DNA of 43,424 nucleotides from Burkholderiales bacterium (GCA_038243365.1 JBBSRE010000001.1:1-43424); one strand, 5' to 3'. Positions 18,499 to 28,018 are shown, numbered from the stretch's first letter. A program made the numbers and translations. Notes: generated by a model not told the origin, from the sequence alone.

Positions 18499-18560
18499 AC
18501 TATCATTTCGATAGCTTTCCGCGTATCGCCAGCAAGCGCTGGGGGGCAATAAGACCACTA
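18499..18560 (+). repeat. Dispersed palindromic repeat, copy 4 (ftsY-rpoH intergenic)
   Basis: ACTATCATTTCGATAGC-TTTCCGCGT-ATCGCCAGC-AAGCGCTGGGGGGC. Confidence 0.8.
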
Positions 18561-18592
18561 TTTCCCGCAAGACCTGGTCTTACAGGAGATCG

Positions 18593-18620
18593 GGAACTCT
18601 TGGTTTAGCAGTCTCTCCAA
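18593..18620 (+). promoter_or_regulatory. Putative sigma-E-type promoter of rpoH
   Basis: GGAACTC-N16-TCCAA versus consensus GGAACTT-N16-TCAAA. Confidence 0.5.
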
Positions 18621-18631
18621 GAGAGTGCTAA
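18605..18631. promoter_or_regulatory. CIRCE element (HrcA operator) upstream of rpoH
   Basis: TTAGCAGTC-N9-GAGTGCTAA, one mismatch to TTAGCACTC-N9-GAGTGCTAA. Confidence 0.88.
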
Positions 18632-18661
18632 CATTTGTGAATGGACGAAAGGAATTCTGGA

Positions 18662-19597
18662 ATGACACTTCAATCTGGTTCCGCAGTATCGGCTCTCACT
18701 GCTCCCAACCCCTGGGCGCTTGTGCCGCCTCTGGGCAATCTCGACGCTTATATCTCCGCGGCTAACCGCCTTCCCCTGCTGACGCTGGAGGAAGAGCAAA
18801 CCGCTGCCCGTCAATTGCGCGACGACGGCAATGTGGACGCTGCGGGTCGCCTCGTGCTCTCGCACCTGCGACTGGTGGTCTCCATTGCCCGGCAATACCT
18901 GGGTTATGGACTGCCGCACGGCGATTTGATCCAGGAGGGCAACGTCGGCCTGATGAAAGCCGTTAAACGCTTCGACCCGGATCAAGGCGTGCGCCTGGTC
19001 AGCTATGCGATGCACTGGATCAAAGCCGAGATTCACGAGTACATCCTGAAGAATTGGCGCATGGTGAAAGTTGCCACGACCAAGGCCCAGCGCAAGCTTT
19101 TCTTCAATCTGCGTTCAATGAAACAGGGCTTCAAAGCCAATGTGGCAGATGCTGACGCGCACCGCACTCGCCTGTCGCAAGACGAGGTCGATCAGGTAGC
19201 TGAGCGGCTCAGCGTCAAGCGCGAAGAGGTCATGGAGATGGAAACGCGAATGTCAGGCGGCGACATTCTGCTTGACCCAGCGCCATCCGACGACGGAGAG
19301 CAAGCGTTTGGTCCCATCGCTTACTTGGCCGATGGCGCGCACGAGCCGACGGCGATGATCGAGTCGCGTCAGAGGGACACTCTCGCTACAACAGGCATTG
19401 CCACTGCGCTGAACAGCCTGGATGACCGCAGTCGCCGCATCGTGGAAACCCGCTGGTTGCAGGTCGAAGATGACGGGTCTGGCGGCCTGACGCTACACGA
19501 TCTGGCTGCCGAATATGGTGTGAGTGCCGAGCGGATTCGCCAGATCGAGGTAGCGGCCATGAAGAAGATGAAGAAGGCTCTGGCCGAATACGCCTGA
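18662..19597 (+). CDS. rpoH: RNA polymerase sigma-32 factor
   Basis: DLIQEGNVGLMKAVKRFDP, RpoH box QRKLFFNLR, SAERIRQIE; alternative start at 18641. Confidence 0.98.
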   Translation: MTLQSGSAVSALTAPNPWALVPPLGNLDAYISAANRLPLLTLEEEQTAARQLRDDGNVDAAGRLVLSHLRLVVSIARQYLGYGLPHGDLIQEGNVGLMKAVKRFDPDQGVRLVSYAMHWIKAEIHEYILKNWRMVKVATTKAQRKLFFNLRSMKQGFKANVADADAHRTRLSQDEVDQVAERLSVKREEVMEMETRMSGGDILLDPAPSDDGEQAFGPIAYLADGAHEPTAMIESRQRDTLATTGIATALNSLDDRSRRIVETRWLQVEDDGSGGLTLHDLAAEYGVSAERIRQIEVAAMKKMKKALAEYA

Positions 19598-19636
19598 GTC
19601 GCCACGGTCCTGACACGTGCAGGATGGTGATAATCC

Positions 19637-19670
19637 AGCGCGCAGCTCTCAAGAGCTTGCGCGCTTTTTT
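19637..19670 (+). terminator. Intrinsic terminator after rpoH
   Basis: AGCGCGCAGCT...AGCTTGCGCGCT stem followed by TTTTT. Confidence 0.75.
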
Positions 19671-19721
19671 ATGGGCCGCTTGAGAGCGGGCGGCTCCGTT
19701 TCACTGCCTGGAGTTCATCGA

Positions 19722-20723
19722 ATGATCGATTTCCCATCTCGCCGCCGAGCCTTGGTCGTAGGAGCCACCACCGTGCTGGGGGCTGCGGTCCCAATCAGGC
19801 TCGTTTCGGCGGCGACAAGTGCTGCTGCTTGGCCGACGCGCACCGTGCGTCTGCTGGTCGGTTTCCCGGCAGGCTCCTCACCTGACTTGGTGGCTCGCAC
19901 CCTGGCTGAGCCTTTGTCTCTCGCTCTCGGCCAAACAGTGATCGTGGACAACCGGGTGGGCGCTAGCGGCAATATTGCCGCCGGCGTGGTCTCGCGCGCT
20001 ACCGACGACCACACATTGGGCGTGATGATTAACGGCAACATGACCATTGCTCGCCTGATCCAGCCCAAACTGGACTTTGACCCGCTCAAGGACTTCGCAC
20101 CCATCAGCCTGATCGGCACGGCCCCTTTGGCGCTCGCCGCCCCTGCGGCTGCCAGGGGCCAGGACACCCAAGCTTTTCTGGCCGCCGCGCGCGCTGCGGG
20201 CGACAGCTGGAACTACGGCTCGCCGGGCGTCGGCACGGTGGCCCACATCGGCATGGAACTGCTGAAGTCCAAAACCGGCATCGCTCCGGTGCATGTACCT
20301 TATTCTGGCAACCCGCAGGTATTGCAAGCCCTTATTTCTGGCGATATTCATATGGCGCTGCTGCCCCCTGCCATGGCCGGCGTCCAGCAGAAAGCGGGAA
20401 AACTGCATGTCGTGGGCGTGACATCTGCCGGCCGAAGCAGTCTGGTTCCGGAGTACCCCAGCTTGGCCGAAGGCGGCGTGCAGGACTTCGAGCTGGAAAT
20501 CTGGAATGCGCTGGCGGGCCCGCGCGGTTTGCCACCTGCGGTGGTGCAGCGCCTTTCTGCACTGGTGAGTGAGATCGTCCGCAGACCCGAAGTGCGCACC
20601 GCCCTTTTTCAGCAGGGATGGCAAGTGGCAGGCACGTCGGCCGCGGGGCTTACTCAGCGGATTGCCACGGACACGCGCAAGCTTGGGGCCGTCATCGAGG
20701 CCAACCACATTCGCGCGCAATGA
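19722..20723 (+). CDS. Bug/TctC tripartite tricarboxylate transporter substrate-binding protein
   Basis: SRRR leader, WPTRTVRLLVGFPAGSSPD..AR, VDNRVGASG, NYGSPG.G, HVPY.G; SD GGAG. Confidence 0.93.
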   Translation: MIDFPSRRRALVVGATTVLGAAVPIRLVSAATSAAAWPTRTVRLLVGFPAGSSPDLVARTLAEPLSLALGQTVIVDNRVGASGNIAAGVVSRATDDHTLGVMINGNMTIARLIQPKLDFDPLKDFAPISLIGTAPLALAAPAAARGQDTQAFLAAARAAGDSWNYGSPGVGTVAHIGMELLKSKTGIAPVHVPYSGNPQVLQALISGDIHMALLPPAMAGVQQKAGKLHVVGVTSAGRSSLVPEYPSLAEGGVQDFELEIWNALAGPRGLPPAVVQRLSALVSEIVRRPEVRTALFQQGWQVAGTSAAGLTQRIATDTRKLGAVIEANHIRAQ

Positions 20724-21011
20724 TGCGCGGCCTTGCTGCGCAGAGACTGCACGCTCGCCGCGCCTGACTGCCGTCAGCAAGCCTTGCGCCGAGGTGGTAT
20801 CGCGCCTCTGCGCGCCAACGAGTGCAATTGCGAACCGACGCAAGATGAGAGAAAGCCGCATTGCACTGTCATTCCGCGCACGCGCTGCGCTGGCAGCCGG
20901 CCGGCTAGCACACTCTCGTTCAACGAGTCATTGGTAACAGCTCATTCGCTAAGCTAAGGGTTCTGCCCTTGACCCAGAACGGTCAGCGCGGTCAGCCCCC
21001 GGTCAGCCCGG

Positions 21012-22295
21012 TCAATCCTTGACGAAGGCAGTCATCTCATAGCCTTCAGCAGCCTCATAGGACTGCATGCGCTCTATCAGTTTGTCGCTGAGCACCTGAT
21101 CAACGCCCAGAAGCAACACGCCACCCTGGCGCGTAAACCCTCTCGTCAGAACCATCCCAGGCATGAGTTCAGACAGCTTGCATTCGCGCTGCCGCACCAC
21201 TGGCTTAGGCGCACCCGCCAGCACAGTCGCCAGTACATCAAGCACTTGAGGGTCGTATCGCTTGCCCCTGTCTTTCTCCATCGTTTGTCGCGCCTCTTCG
21301 GGCGTAAAACGCAAGGCTGAAAAAGTGCCAATCTGCAGGCTGTCGTAATCATTGGCCACCGCCAAAAGGCGTGCGCCAAGTGGCGTTTCCTGCGCAATCA
21401 GTCCATCAGGAAAACCGAGCCCGTCGAAGCGCTCGTGATGGTGGCGCACCAGCTGGGTCACTGGCGCCAATTCATCCAACGCCATCAAGGCGTTTTGCCC
21501 ATCCTGTGGATGATTGCGGTAGACCAGTAGTTCGTCGGCAGTCATGGTCCGCACGGGCCGCGTCAACAAGGCATCGGTGAAGCCGATTTTCCCGATATCG
21601 TGCAACATGCCTGCTAGAAATACGTTCTGCACACCGCTGTTGTCCATGCCCATATGGATGGCCATCGATCGAGCCAGCGCCGCCACTCGCCGCGAATGCC
21701 CTGCCAGGATCGGATGGCGCATCTCCATGAGCGTGGAAAAAATCTTGACTGCGGTGATGAAGCTCTGTTTTACCTTTTCGTTCGCGCTCTGCAAGTCAGC
21801 CGTGCGCAGATGCACTTTGGCTTCGAGCGTTTCGTTCAGCTCGCGCAACGCCTCGTTCTGCTCCGACGTGAGTGCCTCCAGGCGCTCCTTCTCGCGCTTC
21901 AATGCCCTTCGCTCAAGCGCCTGGCGCACCGTGAGCACCATGTCTTCGTCGGTCCAGGGTTTAGTGATGTAGCGATAAATCTCGCCCTGGTTGATAGCCT
22001 CGATCGTCGAGCCAATGTCGGCATACCCCGTGAGGAGGATACGCACCGCATCCGGCCATTCCTGCTTGACCGCGCTGAGAAATTGGGCTCCGTCCATATG
22101 CGGCATGCGCATGTCCGAAATAACCAGGTCAACCGGCTCTTTGCGCAGGATTTCCAGGCCTTGGGCGCCACCTTCGGCCACCAGCACCCGATACCCAGAA
22201 GGGCGGAAAAGCCGCCGCAGGGCGGAAAGAATATTCGGCTCGTCATCGACACAGAGCAGAGTGCTGGGTGCTTCTGCACTGTCGTGATCAGACAT
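21012..22295 (-). CDS. Response regulator with HD-GYP-type output domain
   Basis: REC (CVDDEPN, ISDMRMP, KPW), coiled coil, GHSRRVA, LHDIGKI, HHHERFDGLGFP. Confidence 0.92.
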   Translation of the reverse strand: MSDHDSAEAPSTLLCVDDEPNILSALRRLFRPSGYRVLVAEGGAQGLEILRKEPVDLVISDMRMPHMDGAQFLSAVKQEWPDAVRILLTGYADIGSTIEAINQGEIYRYITKPWTDEDMVLTVRQALERRALKREKERLEALTSEQNEALRELNETLEAKVHLRTADLQSANEKVKQSFITAVKIFSTLMEMRHPILAGHSRRVAALARSMAIHMGMDNSGVQNVFLAGMLHDIGKIGFTDALLTRPVRTMTADELLVYRNHPQDGQNALMALDELAPVTQLVRHHHERFDGLGFPDGLIAQETPLGARLLAVANDYDSLQIGTFSALRFTPEEARQTMEKDRGKRYDPQVLDVLATVLAGAPKPVVRQRECKLSELMPGMVLTRGFTRQGGVLLLGVDQVLSDKLIERMQSYEAAEGYEMTAFVKD

Positions 22296-24468
22296 TCAGC
22301 GTCTCCGTTTCGGCCGCTGGCGCTGGCTGGACCATCGGGAGCTCGATACGGAAGACCGTGCCTTGGCCCTCCTGACTCTGCACTGTGATCCGGCCATGGT
22401 GCTTCTGAACGATGCCATAGGTGAGCGACAGCCCCAGACCTGTTCCCTTGCCAACCGGTTTAGTAGTGAAAAACGGATCGAAAATTTTCTGCTGGATCTC
22501 CTGCGGCATGCCGCCACCATTGTCCGCAAACTCTAGCCAGGCGTGATCGCCGGCGATTCCCGTGCGTATGGTGATGCAGCCGCGCTCTTGGCCCATGGCC
22601 TGAGCCGCGTTGACCAGCAGATTCATGAAAACTTGATTGAGTTGCGACGGCAAGCATTCAATGGGGGGCAGAAATCCATATTCCTTCACCACATCGGCTT
22701 TGTATTTGATCTCGTTATTGACAATGTTCAGTGTCGAGTCAATTCCATGGTGCAGATCGGCGGTCTGCCATTCCTGGCTGCTGTCGACGCGGGAAAAGTC
22801 TTTCAGGTCCTGGACGATTTTCTTGACGCGAGTAATGCCCTCTTGTGATTCGCTGATCAACGACGGGATGTCCTCGCGCAAAAATTCCACGTCGATCTTC
22901 TTGCGCATCGCGTCGATGTCAGCCGTGCTTGGCAACTGCTCGTAGGCTGTCAGCAGCGCCATGAGGTCGGTCAGGTATTTCTGGAGCGTACCGATGTTGG
23001 AGTGCACATAGCCGATGGGGTTGTTGATCTCGTGCGCCACCCCTGCTGCCAGTTGACCGATGGAAGCGAGCTTTTCCGACTGCGCAAGCTGTGCCTGTGT
23101 CTGCGTCAGCTGCTCATTGAGCTTCTCGAGAACTTCATTGTGCTGCCTCAGCTGCGTCTCGGCTCTGCGGCGCTCCGCGTTGTCCTTGGCCAACTGGGCA
23201 TTAGCGGTTGCTAATTGGCCTGTGCGCTCCTGCACCTGCTGTTCCAGTTCGTCATGGGCCTTTTGTAGAGCGATCTCCGAGGTTTTTAACCGCGTCACAT
23301 CCACCAGGGTTTCGATCGCGCCCACGATGCGTCCCTGGTCGTCGCGTAGCGGAGAGGCTGTGAAGACAAACCATAAACCCGCTGCCCCAGCGTTCGGAAA
23401 GAACCCTTCAGCTTCCCAAGCGTCCGGAATCACATCCGAAGGACGATACCTGTCTTGATAGTGCTCCCGCACCTGTTCGGCCTGCGCACTGTCCACGATC
23501 AAATCGGCCAGAAGCGGGCGCGGAACGTCATAGAACGCCTTCCATTGGTCGTGCGTTCCCACCATGTCTTTCGCCGGAATAGACATGACCTTTTCGATAG
23601 CCCGGTTCCAGTGGGTCAACACATGGTGTTCATCAATGACCATCGTGGGTACAGGACTTCCATCGATGATTTGCGCAAGCACTTGTCGCATATGCACCTG
23701 CAGGGCCTCATTCTTGTGCCGTTCGGTCAAGTTGACGTAGGTGTCGATCAAGGTCGCCTGTCCATCGACCGGCACCATTCCCATGGCCTGCTCTACCCAA
23801 CAGCGCTGCCCGGTGGCGGACAGCAGACAGTTTTTGAACCGCGTCTGCGTGGTTTCGCCACGAAGACGCGCGGCAAGGCGCTCGCGCAAAATGTCGCGGC
23901 ACTCGGGATGGGTCATTTCCTCGTAGGGAAGCGCCTGCAGGGCCTCCAGGGAATGCCCGGTCAGCGACAGCATCGCCTGGTTTGCATAGAGGATGCAGTT
24001 TCCACGGTGCATCAACACTGGAGTGGCCAGGCCCTCCAGCATGGAATAAAAACCATCTTGCACATCGGCCACCAGCAGCGGAAAGTCCTGCTGCCTTGCT
24101 GCGGATGTTGCCAGAATCAGCACCCGATCGATCTCGCCAACATCGCTCTTGAGCGGCACCATGGTGGCTTGCACCAGCAAGGACTGACCGTCAGCCTTGC
24201 GAAGCGACAGCTTGCCAAGCCAGCACCGACAATGTGTGAGAAAACCCAGGACGTCCGACGGATTGAAACCCTGACCGCTCTCAGGCACGATGGCGGTGAG
24301 ATCCTGGCCCTCCAGGATCTGAGGACCATGTCCGAGCGCCCGGTACAAGTGGGTATTGACCATCACCAGCCGGCCATGGCGATCCACCACCGCCAGCATG
24401 AAACCATCCATCAGCGAAGGCAAGAGACCGCTCAGTGCGATGTCGGACGGCAAAGGCAACTGTGTCAT
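22288..24468 (-). CDS. Cytoplasmic multi-PAS sensor histidine kinase (NtrB-like HisKA)
   Basis: Three PAS-like regions, [52 protein letters not shown]. Confidence 0.93.
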   Translation of the reverse strand: MTQLPLPSDIALSGLLPSLMDGFMLAVVDRHGRLVMVNTHLYRALGHGPQILEGQDLTAIVPESGQGFNPSDVLGFLTHCRCWLGKLSLRKADGQSLLVQATMVPLKSDVGEIDRVLILATSAARQQDFPLLVADVQDGFYSMLEGLATPVLMHRGNCILYANQAMLSLTGHSLEALQALPYEEMTHPECRDILRERLAARLRGETTQTRFKNCLLSATGQRCWVEQAMGMVPVDGQATLIDTYVNLTERHKNEALQVHMRQVLAQIIDGSPVPTMVIDEHHVLTHWNRAIEKVMSIPAKDMVGTHDQWKAFYDVPRPLLADLIVDSAQAEQVREHYQDRYRPSDVIPDAWEAEGFFPNAGAAGLWFVFTASPLRDDQGRIVGAIETLVDVTRLKTSEIALQKAHDELEQQVQERTGQLATANAQLAKDNAERRRAETQLRQHNEVLEKLNEQLTQTQAQLAQSEKLASIGQLAAGVAHEINNPIGYVHSNIGTLQKYLTDLMALLTAYEQLPSTADIDAMRKKIDVEFLREDIPSLISESQEGITRVKKIVQDLKDFSRVDSSQEWQTADLHHGIDSTLNIVNNEIKYKADVVKEYGFLPPIECLPSQLNQVFMNLLVNAAQAMGQERGCITIRTGIAGDHAWLEFADNGGGMPQEIQQKIFDPFFTTKPVGKGTGLGLSLTYGIVQKHHGRITVQSQEGQGTVFRIELPMVQPAPAAETETLNV

Positions 24469-24486
24469 AGCCAGGAATGAAAATGC

Positions 24487-25377
24487 TCAGTTCATCAACT
24501 GCTGGCACGCAAGCTGATAACGCGCTTCAATTTCAGAAAACAGCGTGCTGCTGTCGGACCAGTCCAGTCCCAAGCCGTCCCAGGCCGCCACCTGAATATC
24601 AGGCACCTGGTCATGCGGCTCCTGCAAAAGGTCGAGCGCGTGCGCCAGCGCGTGGGATACGTGCACCAACCACACCATGGCGTCAGCCTGAGGGTCATTG
24701 CATTGGTGGTGAAGCGACATACAGCGGCGCAGCATGGCGGGAAGACTCCACAGCCGCGCCAGTTGCTCTCCTACCTCACAATGATCAAACCCCCACACTG
24801 TGCGTTCCGCCTCCAAAAGGCGCTGCGCTACTGGTACTGAGGGATTCACCACATCCGCCGTGGCCGATGGTTGGAATGCGAGTTCCTGCACTTGGTCGTA
24901 TCTCACAGGGTCAATGGTCAACATGACCAGCTGCCCCAGATGACTCAGCAAGCCTGCGGAGAACGCGGCTTCTGGCGGCAACCGGGCCTTGCGTGCCAAT
25001 GCCTGGGAACACACCGCAACGGCCACGCTGTGGCGCCAGTGGGCCTGGTGGGATGCGTGCAAGGCTGGATCGCTGCTCTTGAACTGTTCCATCACGGCAG
25101 CAGCCAAGGCCATGGCCTGCAGGCTGCGCTGCCCCACCAGCGAGACTGCATGGGAAATGGAGACCACTTCATGCGCCAAACCGAAAAAAGGCGAATTGGC
25201 CACCCTCAAAGTGCGCGCAGCAATCACGGAATCGCTTTCCACCAGCTCGGTCAGTGTCGCGCTATCGGGACTCTCCTCAGTCAAACACTGCAACAGGCGC
25301 AACCGTACCGGCGACATGGCAACCAGCTTGCTCATGTGTCGGGCGAGCTCTTCCAGCCCCATAGGCGGCTTTGTCAC
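24487..25377 (-). CDS. HDOD domain protein
   Basis: LRVANSPFFG, ISHAVSLVG, WRHSVAVA, AGLL..LG, E...GFDHCEVG..LAR.W.LP. Confidence 0.9.
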   Translation of the reverse strand: MTKPPMGLEELARHMSKLVAMSPVRLRLLQCLTEESPDSATLTELVESDSVIAARTLRVANSPFFGLAHEVVSISHAVSLVGQRSLQAMALAAAVMEQFKSSDPALHASHQAHWRHSVAVAVCSQALARKARLPPEAAFSAGLLSHLGQLVMLTIDPVRYDQVQELAFQPSATADVVNPSVPVAQRLLEAERTVWGFDHCEVGEQLARLWSLPAMLRRCMSLHHQCNDPQADAMVWLVHVSHALAHALDLLQEPHDQVPDIQVAAWDGLGLDWSDSSTLFSEIEARYQLACQQLMN

Positions 25378-25565
25378 CGCAACTTCTCCAGACGATAGCG
25401 GAGCAACATCTCGCGCAGTTGCTGCATCGGTCGGGTCTCGGTCGTCCCTCGAAAGAGCCAGTCAATGCGCTGCAGGACCACCGCAGGATCTGATGCCGAG
25501 CACGCAGGTGGTGGGTGAACCTCGACGGGAACAAAGCCAACGGGACCAACGGCAGTCGGTTTCAT
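25374..25565 (-). CDS. Small hypothetical protein (63 aa), translationally coupled within the signalling operon
   Basis: 4-bp stop/start overlaps with both neighbours (ATGA at 25562-25565, GTGA at 25374-25377). Confidence 0.65.
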   Translation of the reverse strand: MKPTAVGPVGFVPVEVHPPPACSASDPAVVLQRIDWLFRGTTETRPMQQLREMLLRYRLEKLR

Positions 25566-26389
25566 GAGATGCCTCCTAGGGGAATGAAGGTAAGCAACGC
25601 CCCTTGCCCCACCGCGCGCTGCCCAACCCAGGTGTAGCGCACCGCCCAGTCCAGTCCTGATATTTGTACGGTAGGGCAGTTACCGTCACTGGCGGTTGGA
25701 AGATCGCTGAAAAGCTGCTCCAGCCCCAGCACATCTTGCAGCGCGATGCCCGGCACCGCCCCCGCAATAAATCGCTGCGATGCGGCGTTGATCAGGACCA
25801 CCATGCCGCTGTCATCTACCCCAACAACGGGTACCGCCACGGCATCGAAAATTTCGTGCGAAATGCCGATGACCACCTCGTCTTGCACCAAGCGCTGCTG
25901 CTGCCTGCGTACCAAGTCTGCCAACTGCGCATGGGCTTGAACCAGCGAGCTATGGGCACGTTCGAGCTCATCGTGAAGACGCTGGTTCTCATCTTCCAGG
26001 GACTTCTGGCGAAAGGCCTCGGCAATGTTGGCGCGCAGGTGCTCATCATCCCAAGTCTTGGTCATGAACTTGTAGACGGCCCCCTCGTTGATGGCATCCG
26101 TGACCGATTTCAGTTCGGTGTACCCTGACAACACCATCCGTATGGGCCTGGGAAAGCGTTTGCGGGCTTCCCGCAAAAACTCGACCCCCGTCATGCCAGG
26201 CATACGTTGATCGGAGACGATCACGTCTACCGGAGTCTTCGCCAGCAGTTCCAGTCCTTCCTGCCCTCCGCTGGCAGTCAGTATGGTGTACCCGTCTCGG
26301 CGCAGCATCCGCTTGAGGGCCGTGAGAATGAACGCCTCATCGTCTACAAGCAACAATGTCTGGGATGCCTGTTCCATGGTGAGGGCCAT
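25562..26389 (-). CDS. Response regulator (REC + coiled coil + degenerate PAS-like domain)
   Basis: LLVDDE, IVSDQRMPGMTG, LSGYT; C-terminal VPVVGVDDSGMVVLIN PAS-like segment. Confidence 0.88.
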   Translation of the reverse strand: MALTMEQASQTLLLVDDEAFILTALKRMLRRDGYTILTASGGQEGLELLAKTPVDVIVSDQRMPGMTGVEFLREARKRFPRPIRMVLSGYTELKSVTDAINEGAVYKFMTKTWDDEHLRANIAEAFRQKSLEDENQRLHDELERAHSSLVQAHAQLADLVRRQQQRLVQDEVVIGISHEIFDAVAVPVVGVDDSGMVVLINAASQRFIAGAVPGIALQDVLGLEQLFSDLPTASDGNCPTVQISGLDWAVRYTWVGQRAVGQGALLTFIPLGGIS

Positions 26390-26498
26390 GGTATCGGCAT
26401 TTTTTCCAAAAGGGAAATCGATCGGCTAACCGCACCCGCTCCAGTGTTGACGTCCCGGGAACACGTGGGCGACTTCGCTAGAGCAAGGCCGCGAACTG

Positions 26499-27110
26499 TT
26501 ACCCGGCTTCCCTGAGCAAGCTGCGCACGTCGGCGGTCACGGCTTCGGGGCCGCTACCGTAACGGCTGTAAACGCGCAGGCGTCCCGCCGGATCGAAGAT
26601 GTAGCTGCCGGCCGAGTGGTCCATGGTGTGACTACCCGGCGTCTTGCCTTCCGCTTTCTTGAAGTAGACCTTGAAATCCTTGGCGACCGCGGCGAGCTGC
26701 TCAGGCGTTCCGCGCAAAGCTAGAAACGACGGGTCGAAATTGGCCATATACGTTTGCAGCAACTCCGGCGTATCGCGTTCCGGATCTACTGTGACGAACA
26801 GGACCTGCAAACGATCGCCATCCTTGCCAAGGGCCTGCTTGACCTGTGCAAGTTCCGTCAAGGTCGTGGGGCAGAAATCCGGACACTGCGTGTAGCCAAA
26901 GAAAACCACCACCACCTTGCCAGAGAAGTCCTTCAAAGTGCGTGGCTGGCCGTTTTGATCCGGCAGTGCGACTTCCTTGGCATAGTCAGCGCCGGTGACA
27001 TCTACACCGCGAAATTCGACGGCCTGCTTTCCGCAAGCAGAAAAAATCACGCCAGCGCTTGTCAGTATTGCGCCTTTAGCTATTAAATTAAGAGCATTTC
27101 GTCGAATCAT
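26499..27110 (-). CDS. SCO1/SenC copper chaperone lipoprotein
   Basis: Lipobox FSAC, FFGYTQCPDFCP, TVDPERDT, MDHSAG; start at MIRRNAL. Confidence 0.95.
   Translation of the reverse strand: MIRRNALNLIAKGAILTSAGVIFSACGKQAVEFRGVDVTGADYAKEVALPDQNGQPRTLKDFSGKVVVVFFGYTQCPDFCPTTLTELAQVKQALGKDGDRLQVLFVTVDPERDTPELLQTYMANFDPSFLALRGTPEQLAAVAKDFKVYFKKAEGKTPGSHTMDHSAGSYIFDPAGRLRVYSRYGSGPEAVTADVRSLLREAG
27033..27095 (-). repeat. Dispersed palindromic repeat, copy 5 (in-frame, encodes the SCO lipoprotein signal)
   Basis: GCTCTTAATTTAATAGC-TAAAGGCGC-AATACTGAC-AAGCGCTGGCGTGATTTTTTCTGCTTGC = ALNLIAKGAILTSAGVIFSAC. Confidence 0.85.
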
Positions 27111-27115
27111 GTCGT

Positions 27116-28018
27116 TCACAGTACGTAGTGATCCACCAAGAGTGCGGCAAACAGCACGCTGAGGTGGATGAGAGAGAAGCGGAAAGTACGACGGGCGAGC
27201 GCATCGGAGTACTGCCGCCACAACGCAAACCCGTAAAGACAAAAACCGGTGCTCAGCACCACGGCGGCCGCCAGATAAATGTACGAGCTCATGCCATAGA
27301 TGAACGGCATCAGGCAGCCGGCAAACAGCACCAACGTGTAGAGCAGCACCTGCAGCCGGGTAAACGCATTCCCGTGGGTGACCGGCAGCATGGGCAGACC
27401 GGCCTTGCGGTAGTCTTCCACGCGGTAAAGCGCCAGAGCCCAAAAATGCGGCGGCGTCCAGAGAAAGATGATGAGGAACAGTATCAGCGCTTCCGGACCC
27501 ACTTCCCCTCGCATGGCTGCCCATCCCAGCACCGGTGGCATCGCCCCGGAGGCGCCGCCGATCACGATGTTCTGCGGCGTGAGCGGCTTGAGAATCAGTG
27601 TGTAGATCACCGCGTAGCCGACAAAGGTGGCAAATGTCAGCCACATGGTGAGCGGATTCACCAACAGGTAAAGCAGCACCGAACCGCCAGCACACAGGAC
27701 GGCCGAGAACAGGAGCACATGCAGGTCGGTCAGCTCGCCACGCGCTGTGGGGCGCCACGACGTGCGCTTCATGCGCGCATCGATGCCCTTCTCGACCAGA
27801 CAATTGAAAGCGGCCGCCGCGCCTGCCACTAGCCAGATGCCCAGGCAGGCCCAGCCCATGGTGGCCAGCTGAGCGCCGCTGGGCAAGCCTGGAATCGCAA
27901 GCACCATGCCGATCAGCGCGCAGAACACGATCAGCTGTATGACGCGCGGCTTGGCCAGCGCGTAATACTGGGCAATGAGCGATGGCGTACGGCTCGTACC
28001 AACGTTTGTCGCGCTCAT
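27116..28018 (-). CDS. cyoE: Protoheme IX farnesyltransferase (heme O synthase)
   Basis: LAKPRV, N...[41 protein letters not shown]. Confidence 0.96.
   Translation of the reverse strand: MSATNVGTSRTPSLIAQYYALAKPRVIQLIVFCALIGMVLAIPGLPSGAQLATMGWACLGIWLVAGAAAAFNCLVEKGIDARMKRTSWRPTARGELTDLHVLLFSAVLCAGGSVLLYLLVNPLTMWLTFATFVGYAVIYTLILKPLTPQNIVIGGASGAMPPVLGWAAMRGEVGPEALILFLIIFLWTPPHFWALALYRVEDYRKAGLPMLPVTHGNAFTRLQVLLYTLVLFAGCLMPFIYGMSSYIYLAAAVVLSTGFCLYGFALWRQYSDALARRTFRFSLIHLSVLFAALLVDHYVL

Noticed and set aside
17349-18506. 385-aa minus-strand ORF
   Set aside because: Antisense shadow of ftsY
18566-18584. CGCAAG-N7-CTTACA upstream of rpoH as a third GacA-like box
   Set aside because: Spacer is 7 rather than 6 bp and the left arm differs from the other two boxes
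27111-27803. Apparent 434-aa SCO fusion
   Set aside because: Out-of-frame overlap with cyoE; SCO begins at 27110 with a lipoprotein signal
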